This document shows positions 9,799 through 19,712 of a stretch of DNA of 64,000 bases, piece by piece. The stretch covers positions 640,001-704,000 of the forward strand of contig CAWETW010000001.1 in assembly GCA_963812155.1 (NCBI GenBank), in the 5' to 3' direction. The notes below the pieces were generated by a model. The model searched no databases and was not told the DNA's origin. It saw nothing but the letters and a program-made list of their open reading frames with translations. Source of the DNA: Vulcanimicrobiota bacterium. Its GTDB lineage: Bacteria > Vulcanimicrobiota > Vulcanimicrobiia > Vulcanimicrobiales > Vulcanimicrobiaceae. Made by a program: the position numbers and the translations under genes. How positions within the stretch are numbered: position 1 is the first letter of the stretch; each line of letters begins with the position of its first letter.

Positions 9799-11826
9799 GT
9801 GAACGTGTACATTCTCCGCCGCGTCGTCGCCGCATCAATCTGCGTTCTCCTCACGACCGGAATCACGGCGCGCGGGTTCACGCCTTCGCAGTTGGCCGGC
9901 GAGACGCGTTACGAGGGTATCGTTGCGGCGTCGCCGTCGGAGTCGCAAGCGCGGCGCGACGAAGTCGCGCTGGCGGGATACGTGCACCGCATGGGAACGC
10001 CCGGCGACCTGCGGACGGCGCAATACGTGCAGGCGGAACTGACGAAAGCCGGGTGGGATGCCAAGCTCGTCACCTATGACGTTCCCATCGCGTGGCCGAC
10101 GCAACATCGCTTGACGCTTCTGGGCGCGCATCCCCACGACATCAGTCTCTACGAGCCGGCGGTCGCGGGCGATCCCTACTCACACAATCACGCGGCGATC
10201 GGCATTCCGTATTCGGGTTACAGCAACGACGGCGACGTTACCGGGCCACTCGTGTACGCGAATCATGCCGTTGCGGACGACTTCGCGGCGTTGGCGCAGA
10301 AGCACGTCGACGTCCGCGGCGCAATCGTCGTTGCGCGCGGCGGCGGCGGCGCGCTCACCGCCAAAGCGTTTGAAGCGGCGAAGCACGGCGCGAAAGCGGT
10401 GCTGGTATTCAACGACCCGCTGACGAGCGGCTATTTTATGGGCGAAACCTATCCGCGCGGGGCGTGGCGACCGCTGGGCGCCGCGGTGCGCAACACGATG
10501 ACGTTCACGAACGATCCCGGAGACCCAACGGCGATCGGGATTCCCGTACCCGGCGCGCAGCACAAGGCGTTTTCATCAATCAAGCTGCCGTCAATTCCGG
10601 AATCGCCGATTACCGGTGCGGTGGCGCGCGAACTGCTTGCCGCAATGGGCGGCCCCGTCGGCGCGGCGGACTGGCATCCCGGATTTGCGTTTCCGCTGCA
10701 TCTCGGCGGCGACGTGCGCGCGCACTTCGTGCTGAAAACGCGGCGATTTTTGGGTCCGATTTGGGACGTCATCGGCACGATGCCGGGTGCGTCGACGAAC
10801 GGCCAAATGGTGGTGGTCGGCGGGCATCGCGACGCGTGGACGTACGGCGCGGTGGATCCGATTAGCGGGACGGTCGACCTATTGCAGCTTGCGCGCGCCT
10901 TCGGAAAACTCAAGGCGGCGGGATGGCAACCGCAGCGGACGATCGTCATCGGTTCCTGGGACGGCGAAGAGCTCAACCTGTTCGGCAGCGACGAGTGGGT
11001 CGAGCAGCATCAGGAGGCGCTTCGGTCCGGGTGCGTTGCATACGTGAATACCGACGAAGTCGCGTTTGGGCCAACGTTTTACGCTGCGGCGACGCCGGAT
11101 CTGGCGGCCATGCTGCGCGACACTTCCACCGCCGTTTCGGCGCCCGGTGGCCGCGATTTACTTTCGGAATATTGGCAGAAGCAGGATCCCAAGCGTGAGG
11201 TTTCGGCGATCGGCGGCGGCAGCGACCACGAGCCGTTCGTCTACCGCCAGAATATATCGGCCGCAGCCGGTGCCTTCGGCGGTCCCTTCGGAACGTATCA
11301 CTCCGCGTACGACGATCCGGCATCGCTTACCGTGTACGATCCGGGAATGCACGAAGCTGCGGCGGCGGCGCGCTTTACGTCGATCGTCGTCCTGCGCTTA
11401 GCGGATGCGACGTACCCGGATGTGCGATTGGCAACCCTTGCGACGGCGCTCCGTGAGCGCATTGCGGATTTCGCGAAGGCGAAAGGCGACGACACCCGTC
11501 GCGCGGCCGTCGTCGCTGCACTCGGACCCAGCGCCGACAGCTTCCTCGCGGCTGCGACTCAGCTCGATGCAGCGGCCGACGCCGCGATTCAACGCGGTGA
11601 TACCGAGGCGGCGTCTACGTTGTACGGCCGGTTGCGCGCGGCGGAAAACGCATTCTACCAGCCTTCCGTGCCGACGTGGAACCGCAGTTTGCTTTACGAT
11701 CTCCATGGCGACTCCGGCGTTTTGCCTTCGCTAGACGCAACGCTTCCCGCCGACGGCGGCAACGCCGCACTGTCCACGCTGCAAGATGCCTTCAAAGCCG
11801 CCACCGCCGCCGCCGTATCACGCTGA
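9799..11826 (+). CDS. M28 family peptidase (glutamate carboxypeptidase II-like, PA domain)
   Basis: GGHRDAW, AVDPISG, SWDGEE, GSDH, YHSAYDD motifs; signal peptide. Confidence 0.88.
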   Translation: MNVYILRRVVAASICVLLTTGITARGFTPSQLAGETRYEGIVAASPSESQARRDEVALAGYVHRMGTPGDLRTAQYVQAELTKAGWDAKLVTYDVPIAWPTQHRLTLLGAHPHDISLYEPAVAGDPYSHNHAAIGIPYSGYSNDGDVTGPLVYANHAVADDFAALAQKHVDVRGAIVVARGGGGALTAKAFEAAKHGAKAVLVFNDPLTSGYFMGETYPRGAWRPLGAAVRNTMTFTNDPGDPTAIGIPVPGAQHKAFSSIKLPSIPESPITGAVARELLAAMGGPVGAADWHPGFAFPLHLGGDVRAHFVLKTRRFLGPIWDVIGTMPGASTNGQMVVVGGHRDAWTYGAVDPISGTVDLLQLARAFGKLKAAGWQPQRTIVIGSWDGEELNLFGSDEWVEQHQEALRSGCVAYVNTDEVAFGPTFYAAATPDLAAMLRDTSTAVSAPGGRDLLSEYWQKQDPKREVSAIGGGSDHEPFVYRQNISAAAGAFGGPFGTYHSAYDDPASLTVYDPGMHEAAAAARFTSIVVLRLADATYPDVRLATLATALRERIADFAKAKGDDTRRAAVVAALGPSADSFLAAATQLDAAADAAIQRGDTEAASTLYGRLRAAENAFYQPSVPTWNRSLLYDLHGDSGVLPSLDATLPADGGNAALSTLQDAFKAATAAAVSR

Positions 11827-12007
11827 GCGCAGCCGATCCGTGTCACGCTGAGCGAAGCAACTCCGTGTCACGCTGAGCGCAGCGAGCGGCGTCGAAGCGC
11901 CGGCACCCTGTGTCACGCTGAGCGAAGCAACTCCGTGTCACGCTGAGCGCAGCGAGCGCAGCGTGACTCATCCAGCGTGACACATTTTCTTTCGCTCAGC
12001 GTGACAC
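11815..12007. repeat. Cluster of REP-like half-elements, five forward and three inverted
   Basis: GT(G/A)TCACGCTGAGCG(A/C)AGC at 11815, 11840, 11865, 11910, 11935; inverted CAGCGTGAC near 11959, 11973, 11997; 49-bp direct repeat 11840-11888/11910-11958. Confidence 0.9.
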
Positions 12008-12009
12008 GG

Positions 12010-14490
12010 TTACACATCCAGGGCGGTGGCGGCGGCGGAGTCTTCCGACCAATCGGCGCCGAGCGCCAGCGTAGCTTCGAAATCCTCGCCGAGAGCGTCG
12101 CGCAGGGCCGCCGTGATTCGATCGTACTCCTGGCGTTCCGTATATTCGCGATACGCCTCCAGTTTTGCGAGCCGCGCGTTCACGAAGCCGAGCAACATTG
12201 CGGCACGCTTGCGCGTATCGCTGGCGGTGCCTTGGTTGCCGGCGTTATCCGTATCGCGGGGATGCAATATGCCGATTGCCGCCAAATGCTGCAGCACGAA
12301 TGCCGTGAGCACCGTTTGCCGGACGTCGCGAACGGCGAGCAGCGCCTCCGCTCCGCAAGCGCGCGCATCGTCGAAACGGTCGAGGGCAATCAGATAGGCT
12401 GCCATGTTGCAAAGATCGTTTGCGGCGGAGCGGCGATTCTGCGTCGCGACGTGGCCGGTGTGAGCCTTCTCGGCCAGCGCAAGCGCCGCAGCGGCGTTTC
12501 CGGAGGCAAACTCAACCTCCGCGAGATTGCCCGCAATCGACGCAGCGGCTCGTTCGAGATTGAGCGTTTCGTAGAAAACGAGTGCCTCGGCGTACAACCG
12601 TCTCGCTCCCTCGACGTCGCCGCGTCGAGAATGCGCCGTTCCGAGGTCGCCGAGCACGAGCGCCTGCATGCGGCGATTGTTGAGGGAGCGCGAAATCGCA
12701 AGCGCCTCCTCTAGCAGCCTCTGCCCTTCTTCCGACCGGCCTAGTCCGCCGAGCGCATTTCCCGCGGCTTCCAGCGCACGCGCTCGCTGCAAGTCGTCGA
12801 GGCTCTCGACAAATTCCGAGGCCCGTTGTGCCGCCGACAGTGAAGCCTTGTATTCGCCGAGCGATCCGCACAACTCCGCATCGGCAACGTAGAGGCGTCC
12901 CTGCAAGCCAGGCGGCGTTTCGCCGCTCGTGCATTCGATCGCGAGGCGAACCCATCGCCGCCCTTCTACCGGCGCAATAGAGTACCAGACGCGAGCCAGC
13001 GCCGCAGCAAGCATCTGGCCGGAACGCACGTCGTGCCGATCGGCAAGAGCCCAGGTGAGCGCCGCGCGGAAGTTATCGATTTCCGCTTCGGCATCTCGAA
13101 ACCACGCCCGATCCGGCGCATCGTACCACTCCCGATCGAATCGCTCGGCCACGTGCAGAAACGCCAACGCGTGTTGCTCCGCGATAGTGTCTGCTTCGCC
13201 GTACTCGGCGAGTTTTTCGAGAGCGTACTGGCGCGTCGCTTCGAGAAGGTGATAGCGCGCATCGCCGCGTTCGAAATCGACGGCGACCAATGATTGCGCG
13301 ACGAGTGACGATAGCAACTCCAGCAAATCGCTGGGCGGAAGCCGTTCGTCGCAGCAGACGTCGCTGGCGGCTTCGAGCGAAAAGGCTCCGGCAAACGCGG
13401 CGAGCCGAGTAAAGAGCCGGCGCGCCTGCGCAGAGAGCAGGGCGAAGCTCCAGTCGATGACGGCGCGCATCGTGCGATGCCGCGGAACGGCTGCAGCGCC
13501 GTCACCGGAAAGGACTTCGAAGACGCTATCGAGGCGTTGGCAGATTTGATTCGGAGAAAGAACCGCCGTCCGTGCTGCAGCCAGTTCGATCGCCAACGGC
13601 AATCCGTTGAGCCGCCGGCAGATGTCAACGATCGGCTTTACGTTCTCACGCGCCAGCTCGGCCCTCGAATCGCTCGCCCTCATCCGGTCGACGAAAAGTT
13701 CAATCGCACCGTAACGAAGCGCATCTTCGGGCGCCGGCCTTCCGCCCTGCGGAACCGCAAGCGGCGGGATGCGATACGCGCGCTCGCCGCTCACGCTCAG
13801 CGGCACACGGCTGGTCGCCAACAGCGCAACGTTCGCACATTCGCGCATGAGCAAGCCGACGACCGTCCGCACTCCGGACACGACCTGCTCGCAGTTGTCG
13901 AACACGATCAGCGCTCGCCTCTGCGCGACGTAGGCAATTAGCGTTTCCAGCAGCGGACGATTCGGCGATTCTTGGACGCGAAGTGCGCTCGCTACGGCTT
14001 GCGGCACGAATGAAGGATCGGCAAGGGGCGACAAATCGACGAACCACACGCCGTCGGGGAAAGTGTTGAGCAGTGCGTTGCCAACGGCCACGGCGAGGCG
14101 CGTCTTCCCCGCGCCGCCGGTGCCGACGATCGTAACGAGCCGCTCGCGGGCAACGAGCGCGGCGACTTCTGTTACCGCTTCCGCGCGGCCGAAAAACGCG
14201 GTGAGTTGGCGGGGCAAGTTGTGCGCCGCCGGTGCGACGGATTCTTCGAAACGCGATTCGCGCGCGCGGTTGGCTGCCGACTCGAGCTCGGTGCGTGCTG
14301 CGCCGGTAAGGCTTAGTGCGTCGGCGATGCGTTCGAGGGTGTGGCGATATGGAACTTTGCGACTGCCGCGTTCCAATGCAGAAACGGCCTGTACGCTAAT
14401 CAGCGCGCGATCGGCGAGCATTTGCTGCGAAAGACCGGCCTGCATCCGAAGACGCTTTAGCAGGCCGGCTAGATCGGCGCCGCCACGCAC
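12010..14490 (-). CDS. XRE-HTH / P-loop ATPase (NB-ARC-like) / TPR regulator
   Basis: N-terminal LSQQMLADRALISVQAVSALERG; GTGGAGKTRLA; FDNCE; GLPLAIELAAAR; C-terminal TPR-like helices. Confidence 0.88.
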   Translation of the reverse strand: MRGGADLAGLLKRLRMQAGLSQQMLADRALISVQAVSALERGSRKVPYRHTLERIADALSLTGAARTELESAANRARESRFEESVAPAAHNLPRQLTAFFGRAEAVTEVAALVARERLVTIVGTGGAGKTRLAVAVGNALLNTFPDGVWFVDLSPLADPSFVPQAVASALRVQESPNRPLLETLIAYVAQRRALIVFDNCEQVVSGVRTVVGLLMRECANVALLATSRVPLSVSGERAYRIPPLAVPQGGRPAPEDALRYGAIELFVDRMRASDSRAELARENVKPIVDICRRLNGLPLAIELAAARTAVLSPNQICQRLDSVFEVLSGDGAAAVPRHRTMRAVIDWSFALLSAQARRLFTRLAAFAGAFSLEAASDVCCDERLPPSDLLELLSSLVAQSLVAVDFERGDARYHLLEATRQYALEKLAEYGEADTIAEQHALAFLHVAERFDREWYDAPDRAWFRDAEAEIDNFRAALTWALADRHDVRSGQMLAAALARVWYSIAPVEGRRWVRLAIECTSGETPPGLQGRLYVADAELCGSLGEYKASLSAAQRASEFVESLDDLQRARALEAAGNALGGLGRSEEGQRLLEEALAISRSLNNRRMQALVLGDLGTAHSRRGDVEGARRLYAEALVFYETLNLERAAASIAGNLAEVEFASGNAAAALALAEKAHTGHVATQNRRSAANDLCNMAAYLIALDRFDDARACGAEALLAVRDVRQTVLTAFVLQHLAAIGILHPRDTDNAGNQGTASDTRKRAAMLLGFVNARLAKLEAYREYTERQEYDRITAALRDALGEDFEATLALGADWSEDSAAATALDV

Positions 14491-14529
14491 TACGAAACGA
14501 TCGTCAACCTTGTGGACGGTGCGATGCGG

Positions 14530-15495
14530 CTAGGCGCCGGGTGCGGGTGCGATTCCGTAGGGGTCGCCGTCGATCGACGTCGTCTGCGATTTAATTTCGC
14601 CCGTCTTGGGATTTACGGCGTCAATATAGCCCGCCGCATCGGCAATCCACAGATTCTTGTGCTTGGCATCGAAGTTGATATTCGTCGGCAAACCAAATCC
14701 GGTGGCAAAGAGTTTGCAGCGCGATGTCTGACGGCACTTATAAACCCCGTTGGCTTCGTCGACGTAATACAAGTCGCCGGCCGGGTCAAAGGCCATTCCG
14801 CCGGCATGCGCGATGCCCGACGCCACCAGCGTTCCGGTTCCACTGCATTGTTGGAACTCCACGATCGAGCCGAGCGCGCCCGGCTTGCTCGCGTCGTTGA
14901 AACTCCAGAAACAGTTGCCTTGCGGATCGATCGCGATTCCCTGCCCTTGCACCGCGCCGCTGCCGTAGGTGAGCACGCGCGACGGCGTCGACCCGCGATC
15001 GAGGTAGACGCTCACGCTACCCGTGCCGCTGGTCCCGCTCGTAGCGTTCGAAACGGCGACGAGGTTCCGGTCCGCGGTGACGGCGACGTCGACAGGCACT
15101 TCGCCACCGTCGTCGAGCGTTCGAACCGGTCCAATCGGGCCCTTGCGGGTGGAACGATAGACGAGCACGTCGGCGGCGCCCGCGTTGGCCAGATACCACC
15201 AGCCGGTCGGAGTGGCCACCGTCCCTTGCGGCGCCGCGATGCCGACGGACAGCGTCTGGACGGGCGTCAGGGTGAGACCCTTGCGTTTGTAGACGGTCGC
15301 GGTGTTTGCCAACGTCTGCGCCGAGTACACGTCGTCGTAACCGTAGAATTGTGCGTCGGGCGAGAGCGGCCCGAACACCGACGAGGGATTCGCCAGCCGT
15401 TGCGGCGGCGTCGCAGGCCCGCCCGAGCAACCGGCCAGCAAGGCAACCGCCGTCAGGATAGAGACCGTACGCCGAGTCTCAGCGTGTGGAAACAC
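14530..15495 (-). CDS. Secreted beta-propeller lipoprotein (NHL/SMP-30-like)
   Basis: LLAGC lipobox; blades such as GIAIDPQGN, GMAFDPAGDLY, PYGIA; start position approximate. Confidence 0.75.
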   Translation of the reverse strand: MFPHAETRRTVSILTAVALLAGCSGGPATPPQRLANPSSVFGPLSPDAQFYGYDDVYSAQTLANTATVYKRKGLTLTPVQTLSVGIAAPQGTVATPTGWWYLANAGAADVLVYRSTRKGPIGPVRTLDDGGEVPVDVAVTADRNLVAVSNATSGTSGTGSVSVYLDRGSTPSRVLTYGSGAVQGQGIAIDPQGNCFWSFNDASKPGALGSIVEFQQCSGTGTLVASGIAHAGGMAFDPAGDLYYVDEANGVYKCRQTSRCKLFATGFGLPTNINFDAKHKNLWIADAAGYIDAVNPKTGEIKSQTTSIDGDPYGIAPAPGA

Positions 15496-15692
15496 AGCCC
15501 GGCAACCTTCAAGACGCCTGAAACGGCCCCTGCCCTCCTTCATAACACCAGGCAGAGCAACTGTAGCAGTAACTGTGTGGGCGAAATGAGGTTTCGAACG
15601 CCGTAAAACGGCTACGATTTTCGCGACCGGTGACGCGCGTAAGCGGGCTTCGCCGAGTCTGACTTGCTGCTACGAACGATAGGAGTCCACCA

Positions 15693-17576
15693 ATGAAGAA
15701 CTCTCCCGTTTGGGCCGCTCTGGCTCTCGGAGTCTCCATGGCGGCCTGCAGTGGAAACGGCGCGTCGCCCCTACCGTCGATGCCGGGTGTAAACGGCGGT
15801 GCCCCTGGACAGTCGCAAATCGAAAACGTCCCGCAAGGCTGGGCGGCTACGGCTACCCACGCTCTCCCCGACAAGAACTTCGCTCAGATTTCGAAACCGA
15901 ACGCCGTACCGGCTACGATGCCGCTGCACGTCGTCGTCGGTCTCGCCATGCGCGACCGCACCGGCGCACAGCAGTACTTGCGCACGCAATACGCTTCCGG
16001 CGGTGCGAACTTTCACCGCTGGCTGACCCCGCAGCAATTTACTGCGATGTTCAATCCCACGCACGCGCAAGCCGCGGCCGTGGCACAGTATCTCGAACGG
16101 CAGGGCTTCACCAAAGCGACGATCGAGCCGAACAACTTGATCGTCAGCGCGACCGGCACCGTCGCGCACGCCGAGGAGGCGTTCCACACGTCGATCCAAG
16201 GCGTCATGGCGAACGGGAAACTCGTGTACGGCAACGTCAAGCCGGCATTCGTTCCCGCCAAGCTCAAGGGCGTCGTCATGGCGGTCCTCGGGTTGTCGAA
16301 CGCGTACGAGATGCACGTTCATCTCAAGAAAACGCAATATCCACGCATGGCGCCGGCCTCTGGCACGCCTCCGCCGTGCTTGCAGGTCGTCAACGGGATC
16401 TGCATCGGTGGCGAATATGGGCCGCCGCAATACCAAGTGGCCTACGATGCTGCGTGTTTGGCCTGCAGCACCGGAAAAAAGACGGCGGTGGCGGTGATTG
16501 CCGAGGGTAACGTCAAGCAAGTCGTTAAGGATTTGCGCACGGCAGAAGCCTTTTGGGGACTGCCGAGAGTGAAGTATACGAAGGTGCAAGTCGGCACGCC
16601 GAGCGCCGATACGTCGGGCATCGACGAATGGGATCTCGATACGCAGATCTCCAGCGGTATCGCCGATAAACTCGAGGGGCTCTACGTCTACGACACGACG
16701 TCGCTCGGTGACTCGGACATTGCGCTTGCGTACAGCAAATGGGTCAACGACAATCTCACTCGCGCCGGCAACTCGTCGTTCGGCGAGGTCGAAAGCGTGG
16801 CGTTCGCAGACGGAGCCATGGCACTCGACGATCAGGAGTTCAATCAGGCAGCGTCTCAGGGCATGTCGATGTTCGCATCGACCGGCGACAACGGCACGGG
16901 GTGTCCGGTGCTGGCGGCGACCGGTGCGCCCAACAGCGGAGCGCCCGAAGTTTGCTATCCCGCATCGTCGCCGTACGTCGTTGCGGTCGGCGGCACGACG
17001 CTCGACACCAATGCGAACGGAAGCGAACCGGGCACGTACTACGGCGAGCACGTCTGGGTCGGAACCGGCGGCGGCTTCAGCGCCTTTGAATCGGCGCCGT
17101 ATTGGCAAGCGAACGGCATCTGCGGCACGTGCGGCCCGGCTGCCATCCGCGGCCTCGCCGACATCTCGATGTGCGCGGATAACAACGGCTGCCCGATGGA
17201 CGTCTTCGTCAACGGCGCACAGGAAGGCGTCGGCGGCACGAGCCTTTCGTCGCCGATGTCTATGGGAATCTGGGCGCGCCTGGAGACCCACTATCACAAC
17301 CGGTTAGGCTTCGCGGCGCCCATTTATTACGGCGTGTACGGCTACTACGAACCGTGCCCGCTGCAATCGACGGCGTGCACGCCGTCGGGTGAGCCCGGCG
17401 ACGATACGCCGGCGCTGGCGCCCGACACGACGGCTCCCATTGGCGGCTTCCACGACGTCCTTTACGGATCGAACGGAATCCCCAGTGCGGCAACGCCGGG
17501 ATGGGACGAACCCTCAGGTCTTGGTTCGGTGGACTACTACGTCATGCAGCAAGATCTCGCAAACTCGATCTTCTAA
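15693..17576 (+). CDS. S53 family (sedolisin/kumamolisin-like) peptidase, lipoprotein
   Basis: RBS AGGAG; MAAC lipobox; pro-domain; EWDLD, STGDNG, GGTSLSSP catalytic motifs; GWDEPSGLGS. Confidence 0.92.
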   Translation: MKNSPVWAALALGVSMAACSGNGASPLPSMPGVNGGAPGQSQIENVPQGWAATATHALPDKNFAQISKPNAVPATMPLHVVVGLAMRDRTGAQQYLRTQYASGGANFHRWLTPQQFTAMFNPTHAQAAAVAQYLERQGFTKATIEPNNLIVSATGTVAHAEEAFHTSIQGVMANGKLVYGNVKPAFVPAKLKGVVMAVLGLSNAYEMHVHLKKTQYPRMAPASGTPPPCLQVVNGICIGGEYGPPQYQVAYDAACLACSTGKKTAVAVIAEGNVKQVVKDLRTAEAFWGLPRVKYTKVQVGTPSADTSGIDEWDLDTQISSGIADKLEGLYVYDTTSLGDSDIALAYSKWVNDNLTRAGNSSFGEVESVAFADGAMALDDQEFNQAASQGMSMFASTGDNGTGCPVLAATGAPNSGAPEVCYPASSPYVVAVGGTTLDTNANGSEPGTYYGEHVWVGTGGGFSAFESAPYWQANGICGTCGPAAIRGLADISMCADNNGCPMDVFVNGAQEGVGGTSLSSPMSMGIWARLETHYHNRLGFAAPIYYGVYGYYEPCPLQSTACTPSGEPGDDTPALAPDTTAPIGGFHDVLYGSNGIPSAATPGWDEPSGLGSVDYYVMQQDLANSIF

Positions 17577-17597
17577 GACCGGCCACCGAGCACAAGA

Positions 17598-17634
17598 GAG
17601 GAGGCGGCATTTCGGTGCCGCCTCCTCGATTTTA
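17598..17634 (+). terminator. Intrinsic terminator
   Basis: GAGGAGGCGGCA/TGCCGCCTCCTC 12-bp stem followed by GATTTT. Confidence 0.75.
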
Positions 17635-17752
17635 CCACGGGACGGCACAACGCTAAAGGACGCGTGGAGTTCGTAGCGCACCTCCAATGGTGTGCACTGT
17701 GCGTTGCCGCCGTGCAACGCTCCTCGCTCCCGAAAGGAGTTCCATCGTAGCG

Positions 17753-18496
17753 ATGCAGACGCGTTCGGATTTCATTGCGAGCGGCACTCTCGCATTTCTT
17801 GCGCCCGCGGCCGGAGCAAGCCCCGCGCCTTCGGCATCGCCGGCGCGGCCGGCATCATCGTCGCCGTCACCTTCGCCGTCACCTTCGCCGGCGCCGTCGC
17901 TGCCGCCGCTGCACTTCGATCTCGTCGCCTTCGATACGGTGCTCAACGTTACAGCGCCGCACCGTCATCTCTTCGCTTCTACGAAGCTCGACGGCGGTGT
18001 GGTGCTGGGCGGCATGCGCAACACGCTCAACGCCTATCACGACATCGGAATATCGCTCTCCGACGTGCGTCCGGTTGCGGTGTTCTATCACGGGCTGTCC
18101 GTAACGCTCGGTTTTGACGATACCGCGTGGAACGAATATTTCGTCCCGGTCTTCGTCACGAAACGCAAATCGGTCGACGCTGACGTCGCCAAAGACTTCG
18201 ACAGCGTCTACGACGCAAAGAAGCGCGGTAACCCGTGTCTGCACAAGAAAGGCGGCCGCGAGGATATTTCCATCGAATCGCTGATCGCGGACGCCGGCGC
18301 GCACTTCTTCGTGTGCAATAACGCCGCCCAAGGCTTCGCGCGCTACATCGCCAAGCACCTCAACAAACCGGCGCCCGAAGTGTACGCCACTCTCGTAGCG
18401 CATCTGATCCCAAACGGCGCGCTCGTTCCCGCCGGCGTGTGGGCCGTCCATGCAATACAAGAGCGCCGATACACGCTGCTGCAATCGGCGCTCTAG
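17753..18496 (+). CDS. Exported hypothetical protein, DsrE-like fold
   Basis: Tat-like TRSDFI signal, SP-rich linker, VAVFYHG, FFVCNNA, LVPAGV typical of DsrE-like proteins. Confidence 0.6.
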   Translation: MQTRSDFIASGTLAFLAPAAGASPAPSASPARPASSSPSPSPSPSPAPSLPPLHFDLVAFDTVLNVTAPHRHLFASTKLDGGVVLGGMRNTLNAYHDIGISLSDVRPVAVFYHGLSVTLGFDDTAWNEYFVPVFVTKRKSVDADVAKDFDSVYDAKKRGNPCLHKKGGREDISIESLIADAGAHFFVCNNAAQGFARYIAKHLNKPAPEVYATLVAHLIPNGALVPAGVWAVHAIQERRYTLLQSAL

Positions 18497-18522
18497 GAGA
18501 AACCTCGTCTAAGGGCAAGGCG

Positions 18523-19560
18523 TCAGTTCACGGCTATGCCCCACGGGCCGGTCAACTGCGTGTTTCCGCCGGTAATCGTCCGCGCCGGCGGCACGTTGCC
18601 GTTGGAACTCGTCGGATAGACGGTCACGCTCTGGCCGAAGACGTTGGCAACGTAGAAGGACGTGCCGCTTACGGCGATGCCGTACGGAAAGTTTAATCCC
18701 GTATTGCCGCCGCTGACAGTTTGGAGCGGCGCCACATTACCGTTGGCCGTAGACGGATAGACGGTCACGATGCTGCACGTATTGTTGCAGTCGTTTGCGA
18801 CGTAGATCTTGTTGCCTCCGTAAGCGATTGCGAGGTCGCCGGAGAGGCCCGTGTTGGCACCGGCGATCGTTTGAACGGGCGTGGCGTTCCCGTTTGCCGT
18901 GGGGCCGTACACCGTGATCGTGCTGTTCTGGATGTTTGTGACGTAGATTCTTCCGTTGGGTTTTAGAGCGAGGCCGGACGGCTGCAGCAGACCGGTGTTC
19001 GCACCTGAAATAGTGCGGATCGGCGCGACGTTGCCATTTGCACCGGCGGCGTAGACGGTAACGGTATTGTTATTCAAGTTGGCAACGTACATTCTGCCGG
19101 TTGAATCCAACGCGATTCCGTGCGGTCCGTTCAGCCCCGTGTTCGGGCCCGCGAGCGTCGCATTGGGCGCGATGTTACCGCCCGCTCCCGCGAGATAGAG
19201 GGTCACGCTATTGCCGCTGTTGTTAGAAACGTACACGTTATGCGACGAATCGAGCGTAACGGCTACCGGGTTATTCAGCCTTGTATTGCTACCGCTGATG
19301 GTACGAACGGGCGTCACGTTGCCGTTCGAGTTCCGATGATATACCGTGACCGAGTTCGAGTTCGGGTTCGTAACGTAGATGCACGCCTGACTCACGCACG
19401 GAGTCGCAGGAAACGCTTTCGCGGCAGCAGCTCGAACGGCGTTTGAGCCGACTTGCGAAGAGGGGACGGTCGCGGTAGCCGCGCCGCACGACGTCAGCGC
19501 AGGTGCCGCAAGCGCCCACGCGCACAATGCGCTCGGGGCCGAGAGGTGAAACGATTTCAT
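18523..19560 (-). CDS. NHL-repeat beta-propeller lipoprotein
   Basis: RBS AAGGAG; LTSC lipobox; about six repeats of YV.N..N.VTVY...ANGNV.P..TI.G.NTGL..P.GIA. Confidence 0.85.
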   Translation of the reverse strand: MKSFHLSAPSALCAWALAAPALTSCGAATATVPSSQVGSNAVRAAAAKAFPATPCVSQACIYVTNPNSNSVTVYHRNSNGNVTPVRTISGSNTRLNNPVAVTLDSSHNVYVSNNSGNSVTLYLAGAGGNIAPNATLAGPNTGLNGPHGIALDSTGRMYVANLNNNTVTVYAAGANGNVAPIRTISGANTGLLQPSGLALKPNGRIYVTNIQNSTITVYGPTANGNATPVQTIAGANTGLSGDLAIAYGGNKIYVANDCNNTCSIVTVYPSTANGNVAPLQTVSGGNTGLNFPYGIAVSGTSFYVANVFGQSVTVYPTSSNGNVPPARTITGGNTQLTGPWGIAVN

Positions 19561-19712
19561 GGTTCTCCTTCAGTATTGCAACGGATTATGATTATGCTTC
19601 GAGCGTTTCGCTCCAGAAACGCCGGCATCGCGTCCGCTGGTAAAGCGGCGGACGCGACTACCGGATGAAGTATACCACGAATCGGGACAAACTTAGCCCG
19701 GTCCGAGGCGTA

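Noticed and set aside
11815..12007. Possible CRISPR array
   Set aside because: Spacers are about 6 nt and repeated, orientations are mixed, and no cas genes are present; explained by the REP family
15557..15577. AACTGT direct repeat as an operator
   Set aside because: Only two 6-mers; not distinguishable from chance
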